A DNA stretch of 64,000 nucleotides from Haplodiscus bocki (Eukaryota). The stretch is from assembly GCA_965655095.1 (NCBI GenBank), contig OZ296654.1, positions 86,304,001-86,368,000 on the forward strand, read 5' to 3'. Under the pieces are notes generated by a model. The model made no database searches. It was not told the origin of the DNA and was given only the letters and a program-made list of their open reading frames with translations. The position numbers and the translations under genes are program-made. Positions 1-11,372 of the stretch are shown here, piece by piece (positions within the stretch are counted from its first letter, which is position 1; each line of letters starts with the position of its first letter).

Positions 1-185
1 AACACTGATTCTCAAGCGGCAATGGCAGTCAGCAGATCATAGAACTGATGCGAGTTGTGAGCGGATCGAAAAAAATGCAGAAGCCTGATACAACACTTGC
101 TAGCAGGAAGTGTGATTAGAAATCGAAAGTAACAAGAGACAATTCGACAGCAGATTAACTATGAACATTTGATAGTGTAGCTAAC

Positions 186-309
186 TTTTTGAGAACAGAG
201 AGGACAGCTTTGGAGACTCCTGCCTGGACCCATGACTTGATTGGTTTGGGACAATTGGCACCCTTCACTTTTGTGCCATCCAACTCATTTTCACGGTATG
301 TTGTCACAT
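186..309 (-). CDS. DDX46: DDX46/Prp5 coding exon 8 (gene continues beyond the window start)
   Basis: tttcag acceptor, GTTAGC donor; encodes (D)VTTYRENELDGTKVKGANCPKPIKSWVQAGVSKAVLSVLK, matching the DDX46 segment just before the Q motif; phase 1 start fits the previous exon. Confidence 0.92.
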
Positions 310-1273
310 CTGAAACAGAAGACACGTGCAGTATTCAATTTGGAAGAAAACTGGCGATCACCTAAATTTGCAAAAAAATACATGTTCCTTTCAATTATGC
401 TATACTGCATTCAATGTAAGTTCTGGGTCTGTAAGACGGTAAATACCGCATTTAATCGAACTAAAGCTGCAATCGAATTGAGATCGCAGAAAAAGTCGTT
501 GGAAGCAGTTAGAGGCCGCAACCAAAATTGGATTCTGTCAAAAGTTGAATTCTGCCTCTCGGTCTTGATTACTTGTCATAAAAATGAAAGATTGGAACGT
601 GAAATCGCAACTAAGGTAATTAGTAGTAAATTCAACGTAGTCAAAACGGAGTAGTTTAGCCCAAAAGATATTTTCTATGAGGCGGACTAGGTAACTCCTC
701 TAGCCTTTTCCGACTGGCTGTCTATGAATTGGAGCTGCATTTGAATTGAGGACGCAAAATTTAGCTCCAAAAAATGCTACAAGCCGAGGCTACCATTCGC
801 TTAAATACAGTATTCTAAATCAGGAGTTTACTCATACACTATAAATTCTTCGCCAAACATGTCAAGCATAATTCAACCTTCAAATTTTTATTACTTGTTT
901 TTGTTTGCCCAAAACCATGAAATCATACTTCCGCCATATTCATAATATGGAAAGAAAATCTTTCTTCCGCGCAAACTTGCCAATTGCACGACTCTGGAAA
1001 TTTTCATGATTTTGGCCTCCAAAATCTTCAACCACTAAATTGTAGCAAATTTACCGCAGAATACTAAAAATGCATCATTTTACAGTTGATCGAATTTACA
1101 AGTATTCAGGGACCAGATTTCAGATTTTTAGCGTTTTCACCTATTCAACTTTTGGCACTTACACCTATTTTGCGTTTTCAATGCAAAGTTCAGTGGCGGG
1201 AGATATTCCGGAGCTAAATGTGCGTCTCGCTTATTTTCCTCGTCAGAAAGATAGAACTAGGGTTTAAACTAAC

Positions 1274-1439
1274 CGGCTTTGGTCATGCGAGATATTTCGG
1301 GCACTTCAACGTAGAAGCTCTTTCTGAATGGTTGGTAATCTATCTTGGAATGATCCACTAGAACGAGTTTCAGCCTCTTGTGGTCTGTGGCAGCTGACAA
1401 TTCCGACATACTCGGACCCCCTTCTTCCTCTGAGGAATA
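1274..1439 (-). CDS. DDX46: DDX46/Prp5 coding exon 7
   Basis: ttatag acceptor, GTTAGT donor; encodes YSSEEEGGPSMSELSAATDHKRLKLVLVDHSKIDYQPFRKSFYVEVPEISRMTKA, containing the conserved DHxKIxYxPFRKxFYVEVPE motif. Confidence 0.95.
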
Positions 1440-4401
1440 CTATAAGCCAAATAACACAAATGATAAGTCACTCTAAAGGCATTACAAGTTTATTTATAGC
1501 AACCGCTTATGAAAAACAAATGTGGTCACTTAATCGCATCCCTGTAAAAGATTTTGATATCAAGCAGTCAAAAATATTTGATGCTGTTTTCTAAACCTTC
1601 TGGGGCAGAATTTTTGTTTCCTGTGAGGTCTCAAAAATTCGAACACGATATCCAATAAGTACCATTTCAAGCCAAATTCAGTTTTCTCAACGAACGAGAC
1701 TTGGCAGAAGAGAGAACCAAAAACACCAGCAGAAAAGAACGTATTCTTACAATACCGAGTCAGCAATTAGCATACAGCCCGAAATCGTGCGTGGAGGAAG
1801 GCGAGTCCCATGTTCTCGCATTTTCCCCTTTTTCAGGCTGAAACCCAGGAGTCTTTACGGATCGGAGTCTGGGCACACTTGGGGCTAGAAATTAGACACC
1901 AGAACGTAAACTGCCATTTTGTGGTGTTGATTTGTTGTATTTAAGCGATATGAAGAGGAGAATTTAATGTGTACGTGTACTTGCTTTTCATTTCAGTAAT
2001 GCACCAGCGGTTTTCTATTATAACCATCAGGGTCAGGCAGCCGCAAGTTTTTATGGGAAGGCGTTTAGGTTCAAGTGTGTCAGCCATGCTTAAGCTTTAA
2101 ATTATGGAAATGCACAATGTAACCTTCCCTCGCCTCCCAGAACACGACACGGAATCAAAATTGCAGTCAGACGCATCGGTAATTTTCCGTTCTTTCGCAC
2201 CTTGTCGCCTGTTGCCCCACGTCAACCATGTATGGCGCCTGCATAATAATTCCATTACATCAAAATACATAAAAACCCAAAGAGGGATTGGAAAGGAGCT
2301 GTGTGCTGAAGCGATGTTAATTGTAACTTTGGATTTCAGCCCAACAGTAATGGTGCCTGCTGCCGGAGAATGTATTTTCCGGGAGTTTTTTCAGATCTTG
2401 AGGGCATTGAAACCCTCTAGACTACTTCACTGCTTGATTCCTGATGGTTACAATACAAATTTCATTGAGTTTCCAGATTACTTTTTGGATTATCGGTCTA
2501 AATTTGGTATTTACAATGTCAACGTAGAATTTTATTATTTATTAGTCCCCGCTTATCCCGACGGTTCTTCTGCTCTATTCCAGCCTATTTTGTTATATAA
2601 ACGATTGAATCAGAAACTTAGCCCAGAAAGTCCAAATATACCCGCAAAATAACCCATTTTTGGCAATTTTAGTTTTGTAAAGAATCGTTCCTAGTGAGCA
2701 TAATCTCGGAATAGCAATCCCCGAGCTCCTAATCCATCGAGAGTGTTTCGGAAGGGAGTCTTTAGGGAGACCTAATTAGGATTCTTAGATTCTGTCGCAT
2801 TACTAGGTTTCATCACGTGTGTTTAGTCTGGTGCTTTGCACACTGGGTAGGATTATGTTAAGCGTCCAATTAGGCTCAATTGTGTTTTTCAAATCGTTCC
2901 AGAACAATTTGCGAGCTTTACAACAACAAAACGCAAGACGAAAAAACGAAAATTGAAGGGTGAAGAGTCTTTGGTGAAGGAACCACGTAATATCCCGACT
3001 AACCCGGTGAAACCTTCGCTGGAAAGTCCCGGAAAGAAACAAGCAGAAAAATGAGCCGGAAAATCTAGTTTGAGAGTGAATTTTGCTCAAAAGCTGAATG
3101 TTCCGCGCTTTTTGCCACTTTCTTATGACAGTTTTGCGTTTGGGATCTAGACCGAGTCGCCGGACCAACTGTTTCCAGTTCTTCCCAACCCCCAGGAGCT
3201 GTAAATAGCCGGAGCCTCGCTCAGGAATCGCTTCAAGCTACTCACTGAAGCGCAGAAACAGACGAAATTAGCTTGTTCCGGAGAAAAATTCAACAAGAAA
3301 ACATCAAAGAAAGCAGCATTTTGACCATTATGAGCATTTGAATAATTGCAGTCGACCGGCAGGCAGTCTCGCAGAAAAATCCAGCCTGATTGGACCATTC
3401 GTCTGGAAGATATAGCTGCAAACGTGAGAAATCAATTTCAGGAAAAGGAAAAATTTCACTACTGAACTGAATATATTCCTTTCGATTTTTTTTCGACCGA
3501 ATATAAAAAGCATCTTCAAAAACCCCGCATTAGATTTCTCTTACTTATGAAAATTTGAAACCCTAAAATACAAGTTCCTCGATCCAAGGACCGGACCAGT
3601 TACTTCCATCAATGATTGAAAAAAACCACAAAGACCTATGTGAAAATCATTAAAGCAGATAATCAAAACCTGGCCAGTCAAAAACTTACGAATCACGCTA
3701 AAACAATTGTCATTTACACGCTTCGAACGCATAATTTCCAGAAAAATGGACACTTGCTCATGAAATCAAATGAAAAATATGAGTTTTTTTTGTGGATGTG
3801 TGGAAACAAAAAAATCGAAATATTTTCGTCAACTTTCGATCCAGACAAAACGACAGCTTTGCGATTCAAAAATATATTTACTTGGAATTATTTTACCGAA
3901 ACCAGGAACAAAAAGGCGTTTTTCCCCGAACATCGAATAAGCGCTAGTTACACAAATTTGCACCGGTCATTTACACGCTATTTTGCGCGGAAATACACGC
4001 CGTGAATTATTGACAGCCCTGATCAAAACGCATCATTGGTACCCAAATTGAATTTAATACAAAGGCGAGACATACATATACTCGGACCGGCAAAAGTATC
4101 TCCTAGTCTGTAGTTGGTACAACTGAACTTCGCAGTTAAAAAGTATTCAAACGAAAGACCAACTTTGAAACGAAATATACCAAAATAAACACATTCTGAT
4201 ATTCTTGTCGCTGGAGATTACATGTAATGCTGTGGCTTACTAGATACCCAAGGATTGTAGTATCACAGAATGCGTTGTCTCCTTCACCGAACACCATTAG
4301 CTTTTTCTTAATTCTGGAGTGAAGCTGTACCGAGTTCACAATGTTGAATTTTTTCATTAGTGATATTAAAATGGACTTCGTATGAGTGCATGACAACCAA
4401 C

Positions 4402-4749
4402 CTCTAGAGCATCTTGGCCCTGTTCCATGACGATTCCTCGTTTCTTCTCCACTTCACTCAACTCCTTGGTAGGTCTCACACGACCATTCGACGAAGATGA
4501 CTTGATTGAAGAGGACGCAGCACCACTTCCATTCTGTCCAGTAGCTCCACCCCCAGAAGCAGTAGACGTACTCCCTGTAGTGACAGAGGAGGCGGTGCCA
4601 GCGGCCGCGACAGCTGAAACAACAGTTTTCTTCACGACCACCTTCTTCACAATAGAAGTGGTGATTGAGGGGCCGCCGTTCGAAGAGGAGGAAGTAGAAG
4701 TCGAGGAGACAGAGACTTGCGAGCCTCCTTGTGAAGTCACCAAATCTCT
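4402..4749 (-). CDS. DDX46: DDX46/Prp5 coding exon 6 (Ser/Thr/Gly-rich)
   Basis: tttag acceptor, GTTGGT donor, 348 nt, phase 0/0; ends KKRGIVMEQGQDALE, which joins YSSEEE of exon 7 as in other DDX46 proteins. Confidence 0.88.
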
Positions 4750-5607
4750 CTAAACACAAGCAGTTAGTACACAAGGCAAAAAGCACGATTCTTATTATTT
4801 CCCACATGCTTCGCTAGTTTCGTTTTAAACTTTTTCTTTCTGTTTTTTTTCATACTCCTCCATTCCTTTTTCCTGTTCGAGGCGCAGATGTAGTTCCATC
4901 AATAGCATCTGCGAAATCTGCCCAGCAGATATTTAGAAAATGAATACTTCAAGGTGATAATATCGCTAAGTGTCTTCAATGATAAGTTGCGATTTTCGCC
5001 AGCTTTCAAACTCACCTTCCCCAAAATTGGAAGGACTATCAGCCTTACAGATTATATCCAATTTCATGATTGAGGAAGATCTTGTTTGGGCTCTACAATT
5101 TGTTCAAACGTGGATTTCACATTGCTACTTTTTTTATGAACAGCATTTGCTATATTGCACAAAAACTTTCTCCACATTCGGTGTTGAAATCGTTTATTTT
5201 ACAATAATTAAGGTATTAAGAGACTCAGTCGCAAGAACACTTTCTTTTCTTCGTTAGTCGGAGCTGCACCAGCTAAAAAATAAGTTGGACGATAATAATA
5301 ACTGGTATTTGATATATCTACGGCAGTTTCTATGAACAATACAAAATATCTTGGATATCCGATTCATTTGATACCTTAACAGGGCTGATATTACCATTCA
5401 AGGCATGGTTAGCGAAAAACAAAGTTCTGCTTAATGCATTGAACTGAACATGACATAAAAAATGAACAAAGCTACCAAAAAAGTTGTATCAGTTTTGAAT
5501 GGAAATTTAGGCAATTGCTTTTTCAAACGCATATCACTGACATGATGTTGTTGATACATCCACGTCAAGTTGTTTAACTAAATAGAAGTTATCACTGGTT
5601 TATTAAC

Positions 5608-5712
5608 CTTAGGTCTAACGCTTTTGTCGATTTCCATCATGAACTGATCCAGCGGGTCAATCTCTTCTTCTTGCGGTTCTTCCTTTACTTCCTCCTTCTT
5701 CACGTCAGATTT
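5608..5712 (-). CDS. DDX46: DDX46/Prp5 coding exon 5 (DPLD motif)
   Basis: ggcag acceptor; encodes KSDVKKEEVKEEPQEEEIDPLDQFMMEIDKSVRPK with the Prp5 DPLD motif; donor GTTAAT is the likeliest, exact 3' boundary less certain. Confidence 0.85.
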
Positions 5713-6790
5713 CTGCCAACAAAATTGAAATCATTAATTTGCTTGATCAATGATTAGGCGTGAAAAATTGAATATATAAAGCGAATGCAAAACATTAAGT
5801 TTTTATGCATTACGGGTATATTTTAAACACACTCTTGGTTCCAAGCATGATCGACCTTTCCGAATGAAACGAGGGGATTCTAAACATGGACATCTGTGAA
5901 CATACTTTCCTGAAATAAAAGAGCAGTCCATTGAACACTTAATACAGTGGTGTTAGAAAGAAATTGCCCTTCACAGCATTCAACAACTTTAATTAGCCAA
6001 AGAAAAATGTTATTTGCTTTCTATCTGAAATTTAATTCCTTGGTAATCATCAACTTTGAATATTTTTCGATTTTTTTTTGCAAATCTCACCCGAGTTCAG
6101 GAAAGTTTTCGATAATTTTTGTTCCCAAATAAATCACCCGAATCCGCTGATATATTTCGATAGTGCAAATATCGGCATTATAAAACTTGAAAATGCGTAA
6201 ACATGTAAATACACTAGTGTCGTCATTAAAGTATCGATCAGTTTCCAATTCGAATATTTTACTGAAATCAAATTACATCAGTAGAAAGGCTGGGGAACCG
6301 CTTGAGTAAAAAAATTTACTGATGGTCGTCAAACATTGAAAAACATTTTATTTGAAATGGCAGTTCTTCATTTCTACAATATTGGTCGGACAAATTTCAA
6401 ACGAAATCCATTGTAAACTAGATGAAAATTCAAGAAACTTGCTACTATTTTTTTAAAAAAAACCGTGTGCTTTGATAACTTGATAACTCTGAAAATGCTC
6501 AGGAGGACAATTTCTTTTTAACAATACCTTAGAGTTAATGCACATCTATCAGTATTTTCGGCGAGTCGAGGACCGCCAGACTGATTTTCATGTCACAGGC
6601 ATCTGAAAGGGACACTGCAGTCAAAATACGTTTATCTATTAGAGCGTCATATTTGCCCTTAATCAATCAGAATTCATTTTGGTATATCAAGTTCGCCGTA
6701 TGTCTCTTCAGTGCATTCAGTCATTCATCAAACTCTATTGGACGTGAGTTGAGTGTCTAGAACACTTTGTACCATTAAAGAGTTAATTAC

Positions 6791-7181
6791 CTGTTCAGAT
6801 TTCTCGTTACTTTCATTTTCACTAGTTGCATCATCATCATCGTCGTCTTCATCGTTTTCCAAAGACCATCCCTGTTGTTGAGCGGAATCCCCCCCTTCGT
6901 CTTCTGTATTTTCACTTTTGATAATTATGTCTTCCTCGGACTTGGAGCCATTTTGAGTTTCCCCGTTAGGCGAATCATCAGAAGCAGTTTTTGATGATAG
7001 CACGTCCTTTTCGTTTTCCTTCTTATTAGCAGACCTCCAGAGCGCAACCTTCTCTCGCCTTTTCTGCATTTCCCGCTCGAGGTCTTTCTGGATGTCTTCT
7101 TGGCTTTTACCAGAAGAAAGAATTTGCGCGACTTTGTCCCCGCCTTCCTGTTTCACCTTCACGTCAGAGTCACGGTCTCTG
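6791..7181 (-). CDS. DDX46: DDX46/Prp5 coding exon 4
   Basis: ttag acceptor, GTAATT donor; encodes LEREMQKRREKVALWR and GWSLENDEDDDD, both typical of the DDX46 N-terminus. Confidence 0.88.
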
Positions 7182-7509
7182 CTAACATTGAAGCAAATTC
7201 ACCTACGTGACACTCATGTATCGATGAGGGTTTCGACGCTTTGATTAAATATTCAATTTGAGCTCGGAATTCGAGTCAGCAAACTTCAAAGCTCACGACT
7301 TTTTTCGACGTATCTTCCAATATTCAATTCCCAAATTATCACAATATGATATCATTAGAATAGAGTACACAAAATTTATAAGCCTCCAACCAAATAGCTC
7401 TAGTAACATCGGACAGTTCACTTAATCCCACTAATTCGAGCCACAATTTATTTTTGAACAAGGATTTTCATAAGCTACTTTTTTTGAATGAGCAAAATTG
7501 ATAACTGAC

Positions 7510-7695
7510 CGACTGAGTTTGTCATCCTGACGTTCTTTCGATTTTTTCTTCTTGTCTCTTGATCGTCTTCTTTCACGATGTTTATCACCGCGATCTTTGG
7601 ATCTAGATCGTTTCCTACTTTTACTGTCTGCAGCGGAAGAGCTCGACGTTTTTGATTTCGTTTTGTCGTCATATGGACTGCGAGACTTCGATCTC
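7510..7695 (-). CDS. DDX46: DDX46/Prp5 coding exon 3 (RS/RD-rich)
   Basis: tgcag acceptor, GTCAGT donor, phase 2/2; encodes RSKSRSPYDDK...KRSRSKDRGDKHRERRRSRDKKKK. Confidence 0.82.
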
Positions 7696-8244
7696 CTGCA
7701 ATCACAATTGATCTAGTACATTAATACAGAAAATTTGGTATTTGTGGATGGAACTTTAACTTGAGCGAAAGTGAATACCCGAAAAGGGTTAAAAGAAATC
7801 CTGTTTCTTTCTTTTGAAACTGAAGGAAAAGTTCGGTATCAGAATTGCTTCAGGAAGAAGAAGTTAATTTACTAATGTGCTTTGGTTCATACAGCATCAT
7901 ATACAATTTTAAAAAAACATATTAGAGGAACCCTCCAAAAGCTCAAGTTGGCTTGTTGAAGGAGGACCATCAAACAAGTCATTAGAAATGGAGTACATTA
8001 ACAGAATATTATGTCGGCAATTATTTGACACGAGAATTTGTTTCTCAGTACAATATTTTCGACAAGTATAAGGAGACATAGTATTGACTTTAACAATAGT
8101 TTCCTCATTGGCAATCAAAAAATTGAGTAATCGAGCACCACGTGTACTTTGTGAATTTTTCTGAATCCTGAAAGAGGAGACAATGAATGAGATTATGCAA
8201 ATACAAAGGAACAGCATCGGATGGTAGGCACATTGGATGCTAAC

Positions 8245-8361
8245 CTGGATTTTCTGTCTTTTTCTGCTTTCCGATCTTTTTCAGATTTCTTCTTCTTTTT
8301 CTTCCTTTCGGGGGACGAATCTCTATCAGAAGAGGCGCTTCGGTCTCTGTCACGGTAGTGT
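8245..8361 (-). CDS. DDX46: DDX46/Prp5 coding exon 2
   Basis: tttcag acceptor, GTTAGC donor, phase 2/2; encodes RHYRDRDRSASSDRDSSPERKKKKK, like the RHYR start of DDX46. Confidence 0.82.
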
Positions 8362-8566
8362 CTGAAAGATTCCAATAGATATATTCTCAACAACAAAACA
8401 AGCGCAAATTGCGTTGCCTATGTGCTTCGAGTCAAAGGTCGAAAAAAGCACTGTATATTACGCTATTTTGGGGCGGGTACAGTTACCTTAAAGAGGTACA
8501 TTCAAGGTGCATTCTCCTCAAAAATAAAACTCAAATCTTCAAAATTTCAAAGAAAAAATTGATTAC

Positions 8567-8586
8567 CGTTTCTTCGTATCGGGCAT
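8567..8586 (-). CDS. DDX46: DDX46/Prp5 probable first coding exon (MPDTKKR)
   Basis: ATG at 8586, CG|GTAATC donor, phase 2 matches exon 2; all eight exons splice into one open frame. Confidence 0.7.
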
Positions 8587-9659
8587 TCTGAGAGATATAC
8601 ATCTACATCTGAAAAAAAAAATATTTTTTTTCCAACAAAAAGATCATCTGGTTTTCGTCCAAAAGAAATACCTACAAGGCAGTAACAGCGAAAAGTAAAC
8701 TCATGGTCAACAATAGCGGCGACAGCCATCTTTTCCAAACAAAATAAGCGACCAGCAACGATTGCTCTTGGTCGTTTTCCAGAAAATCAGAGCCTTTAGA
8801 CCACCCAAGAAAGCTATGTCCGTTCTACCCATCGATCTCAAAAATGCAATGCTGCGCAAAATTTTGGTATTCTTCTCTATCTTCCCCCGCTATCCAGCAA
8901 TTACTCCATACCGACCTCAGATGTAGTCTCCTTCATATCAAAAGCTGTATCCTCCACTCTGACAAACTATTCAGTAGAACTTTTCGCCACTGAGATTATC
9001 TTACTGGGTGATTTTAATCTCCCATTTACGGACTGGACCAAAATGTGTAGTACCTCGAAACGAGAAATGGCTCTGCTAGAAATCTTCACATCAATGGGAC
9101 TTTTCGCGTTGATCACAGATGAGCCCACTCATTATCGAGGACACACACTCGACAATATTCTAATCAACAATGAGTCCCCAAACTTGTCCCACTGCATACT
9201 TGATCAACATACTGCACTATCGGATCATTTCCCAATCAAAATCACCCTACACGTCAATCAAATAGTCTCTACTAACCCTAATAAGGTTATCTACTCCTTC
9301 AATAATGCAGCTGACATTCAGTCCCTCGGAAACTCGTGGGAAACTTTTCCTTTCCACTTGGACTCAGCATCTGAGATTGTTGATGCGTTTTACTCCCACA
9401 TACAACTATCGATTCCACTGTGCTTCCCCAAAAAACGATCAAAGCGTATCCAACAGCCATTTTACCAGGGAATTCAATACTTGAGATTTTTGGTACTGGT
9501 ATTGAGCACTTTTGGTATTGGAATTGGTATTGGTATTGAGTCAATACCTGGGTTAGTGAATGGTATTGACCCAATCGTGAACTGGTATTGAAAATACGCA
9601 TGTACATCAAAAATGGTCTTATCTTACCCCTAATGAAGGATTTGTGCTCTAAACAGCCA

Positions 9660-9930
9660 AAATAAGCATGAACATGAAAAAATGAGTAAAATCGATTTTT
9701 ATTAAAATTTTTTGCTGATTACGATAGAAATAAGCATGTGCATCAAAAAGTGACCTGTATCGATTTTTATTAAATTTTTTACTGATTACGATGGAAATAA
9801 GCATGTACATGAAAAATTGACTTGTATCGATTTTAATTAAAATTTTTCAGTGATTACGATGGAAATAAGCATGTACATCAAAAATTGACTTGTATCGATT
9901 TTACTTAAAATTTTTCACTGATTACGACCA
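9660..9930. repeat. ~68-bp tandem repeat, 4 copies, inside the hAT element
   Basis: AAATAAGCATG...ATCGATTTT...TGATTACGA recurs at ~9660, 9728, 9795 and 9863. Confidence 0.9.
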
Positions 9931-10096
9931 AACGAAGCGTGTATCGCCAAAATGACCTAAAATGTTATTTAATCGAAATTTTACGCTGAATATGAAGAAA
10001 ATATCTTTTGTTCAGAATTTTTTGGTGAATGTAACGCAAATGCTTAGAGCTTCAAACTTCCCACTGCTGAAAAGATATTTATGCTTAAACATTCAA

Positions 10097-11062
10097 TTAG
10101 AGAAACTTTTCATTTTTCTTCAAGAAAACGTTTCTGGCGTGATGTGCAGCAGTCATACGACATTGTAAATAATTCTTAGAATATCTACACAATGAAAATA
10201 GGCGTTCTGGGTCAACACTGGCGGGTTTAAATATAATCATATAGGCTTCAACTCTAAAGTCATCTGCACATATTCGACGTTCAAAATCAGCTAATGTTAT
10301 TTCTGTCCCAAGATTGTAACCATGATCGTTTTGAGCGTTCTCTTCGTATATAAATTTCTCCTTTACCTTGTCGAAGAAACTTCCACGCTTCTTCAGAAGA
10401 GCAATTTCTTCCGCTCCACAGAAGTGTTTATAAGGAATTAAACCAAGACAAATGTCGTGCAAATCAACGTATAAATATACACCAATAAACTTCTTCCCAT
10501 CCTGTGAGGTCCACTTGTCAAACGTAATTGTTAAAAGCTGTTCCTTGTTTCGCGACTCAATAATTGATTTCAATTTTGAAACAATGCAATGATATTTCTC
10601 ATCTAATGCTTTGTTCATAGAGTGATAAGTAACGCTTCCAAATCCTAATTCACGAAACATACTTTGTAAAGCTTCGCTTTTGGCAACAGCTGTAATAGGA
10701 ATGTTGTCCTTATACACAAGCTTAGAAACAGTGTCCATTCCTTTAGGCAAATTAAGCTTGGGACATTTTTTAAAACCAATCTTGGGCTGATTTGTAGGTG
10801 CTTTCCGCTTATTGGATTTTGCACAGGAATCCGCATGTTTTGAAAGACCACTTGTTCCGGAATTCGGGGCCTTGACCAAAGCATCACATTTAATGCATTT
10901 TCGCCACTCAGTCTGTACATCGTCCTTAAATTCCAGCAAAAATAACTTGCACACATTGCTTGAAGTCTTCTTATTGACTCTATATTCAACGACTGGAAGT
11001 TTTGGATTTTCAATTACCGTAATTTCATCAGAAATCGATTGAACGCTAGTACTGGAACTCAT
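10097..11062 (-). CDS. Shortened hAT transposase (BED finger, first catalytic Asp region, C-terminal dimerisation domain)
   Basis: BED zinc finger CIKC...SGTSGLSKH..SC; TFDKWTS; PASVDPERLFS...RM; ATG at 11062, 321 aa, much shorter than a complete hAT transposase. Confidence 0.85.
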   Translation of the reverse strand: MSSSTSVQSISDEITVIENPKLPVVEYRVNKKTSSNVCKLFLLEFKDDVQTEWRKCIKCDALVKAPNSGTSGLSKHADSCAKSNKRKAPTNQPKIGFKKCPKLNLPKGMDTVSKLVYKDNIPITAVAKSEALQSMFRELGFGSVTYHSMNKALDEKYHCIVSKLKSIIESRNKEQLLTITFDKWTSQDGKKFIGVYLYVDLHDICLGLIPYKHFCGAEEIALLKKRGSFFDKVKEKFIYEENAQNDHGYNLGTEITLADFERRICADDFRVEAYMIIFKPASVDPERLFSLCRYSKNYLQCRMTAAHHARNVFLKKNEKFL

Positions 11063-11228
11063 CAAAACTCATCTAAAACGCAAAAAATATTAATTTTCCA
11101 AAGTAGAATTTGGTTTTAAAATCAAGCAAAATAAAATAAAATCTAAAAATATTTTTTATTTTCGTAAAATCAGCTTCGAAAATTTGTAATGCGGAGTTTG
11201 AAAAATTCAAATTCAATACCACTTTTGT

Positions 11229-11372
11229 GGTATTGAGCCCTCTGGTATTGGTATTGAGGGGTCTAGGTATTGGTATTGGTATTGAGGGTCAAAATTTTGA
11301 TAGTATTGGTATTGGTATTGGTATTGAGGGCCCAAGTATTGACTTTTGGTATTGGTATTGGTATTGGTATTG
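11229..11372. repeat. GGTATT subterminal hexamer repeats of the hAT element (also ~9490-9590)
   Basis: Runs of GGTATT next to both TIRs; short subterminal repeats are known transposase-binding sites in hAT elements. Confidence 0.8.

Noticed and set aside
4241-4324. 84-nt in-frame cassette exon in DDX46 intron 6
   Set aside because: The GTAAGC donor is good but the acceptor lacks a pyrimidine tract, and the exon would split the conserved ALE|YSSEEE motif.
1440-4401. Nested gene or ncRNA in the 3-kb DDX46 intron (for example ORF 2104-2652)
   Set aside because: No recognisable domain, tRNA or snoRNA boxes, or TIR/TSD pair found by eye; left unannotated.
4427-4807. Overlapping ORFs 4427-4753 (+) and 4454-4807 (-)
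   Set aside because: Alternative frames of low-complexity DDX46 exon 6.
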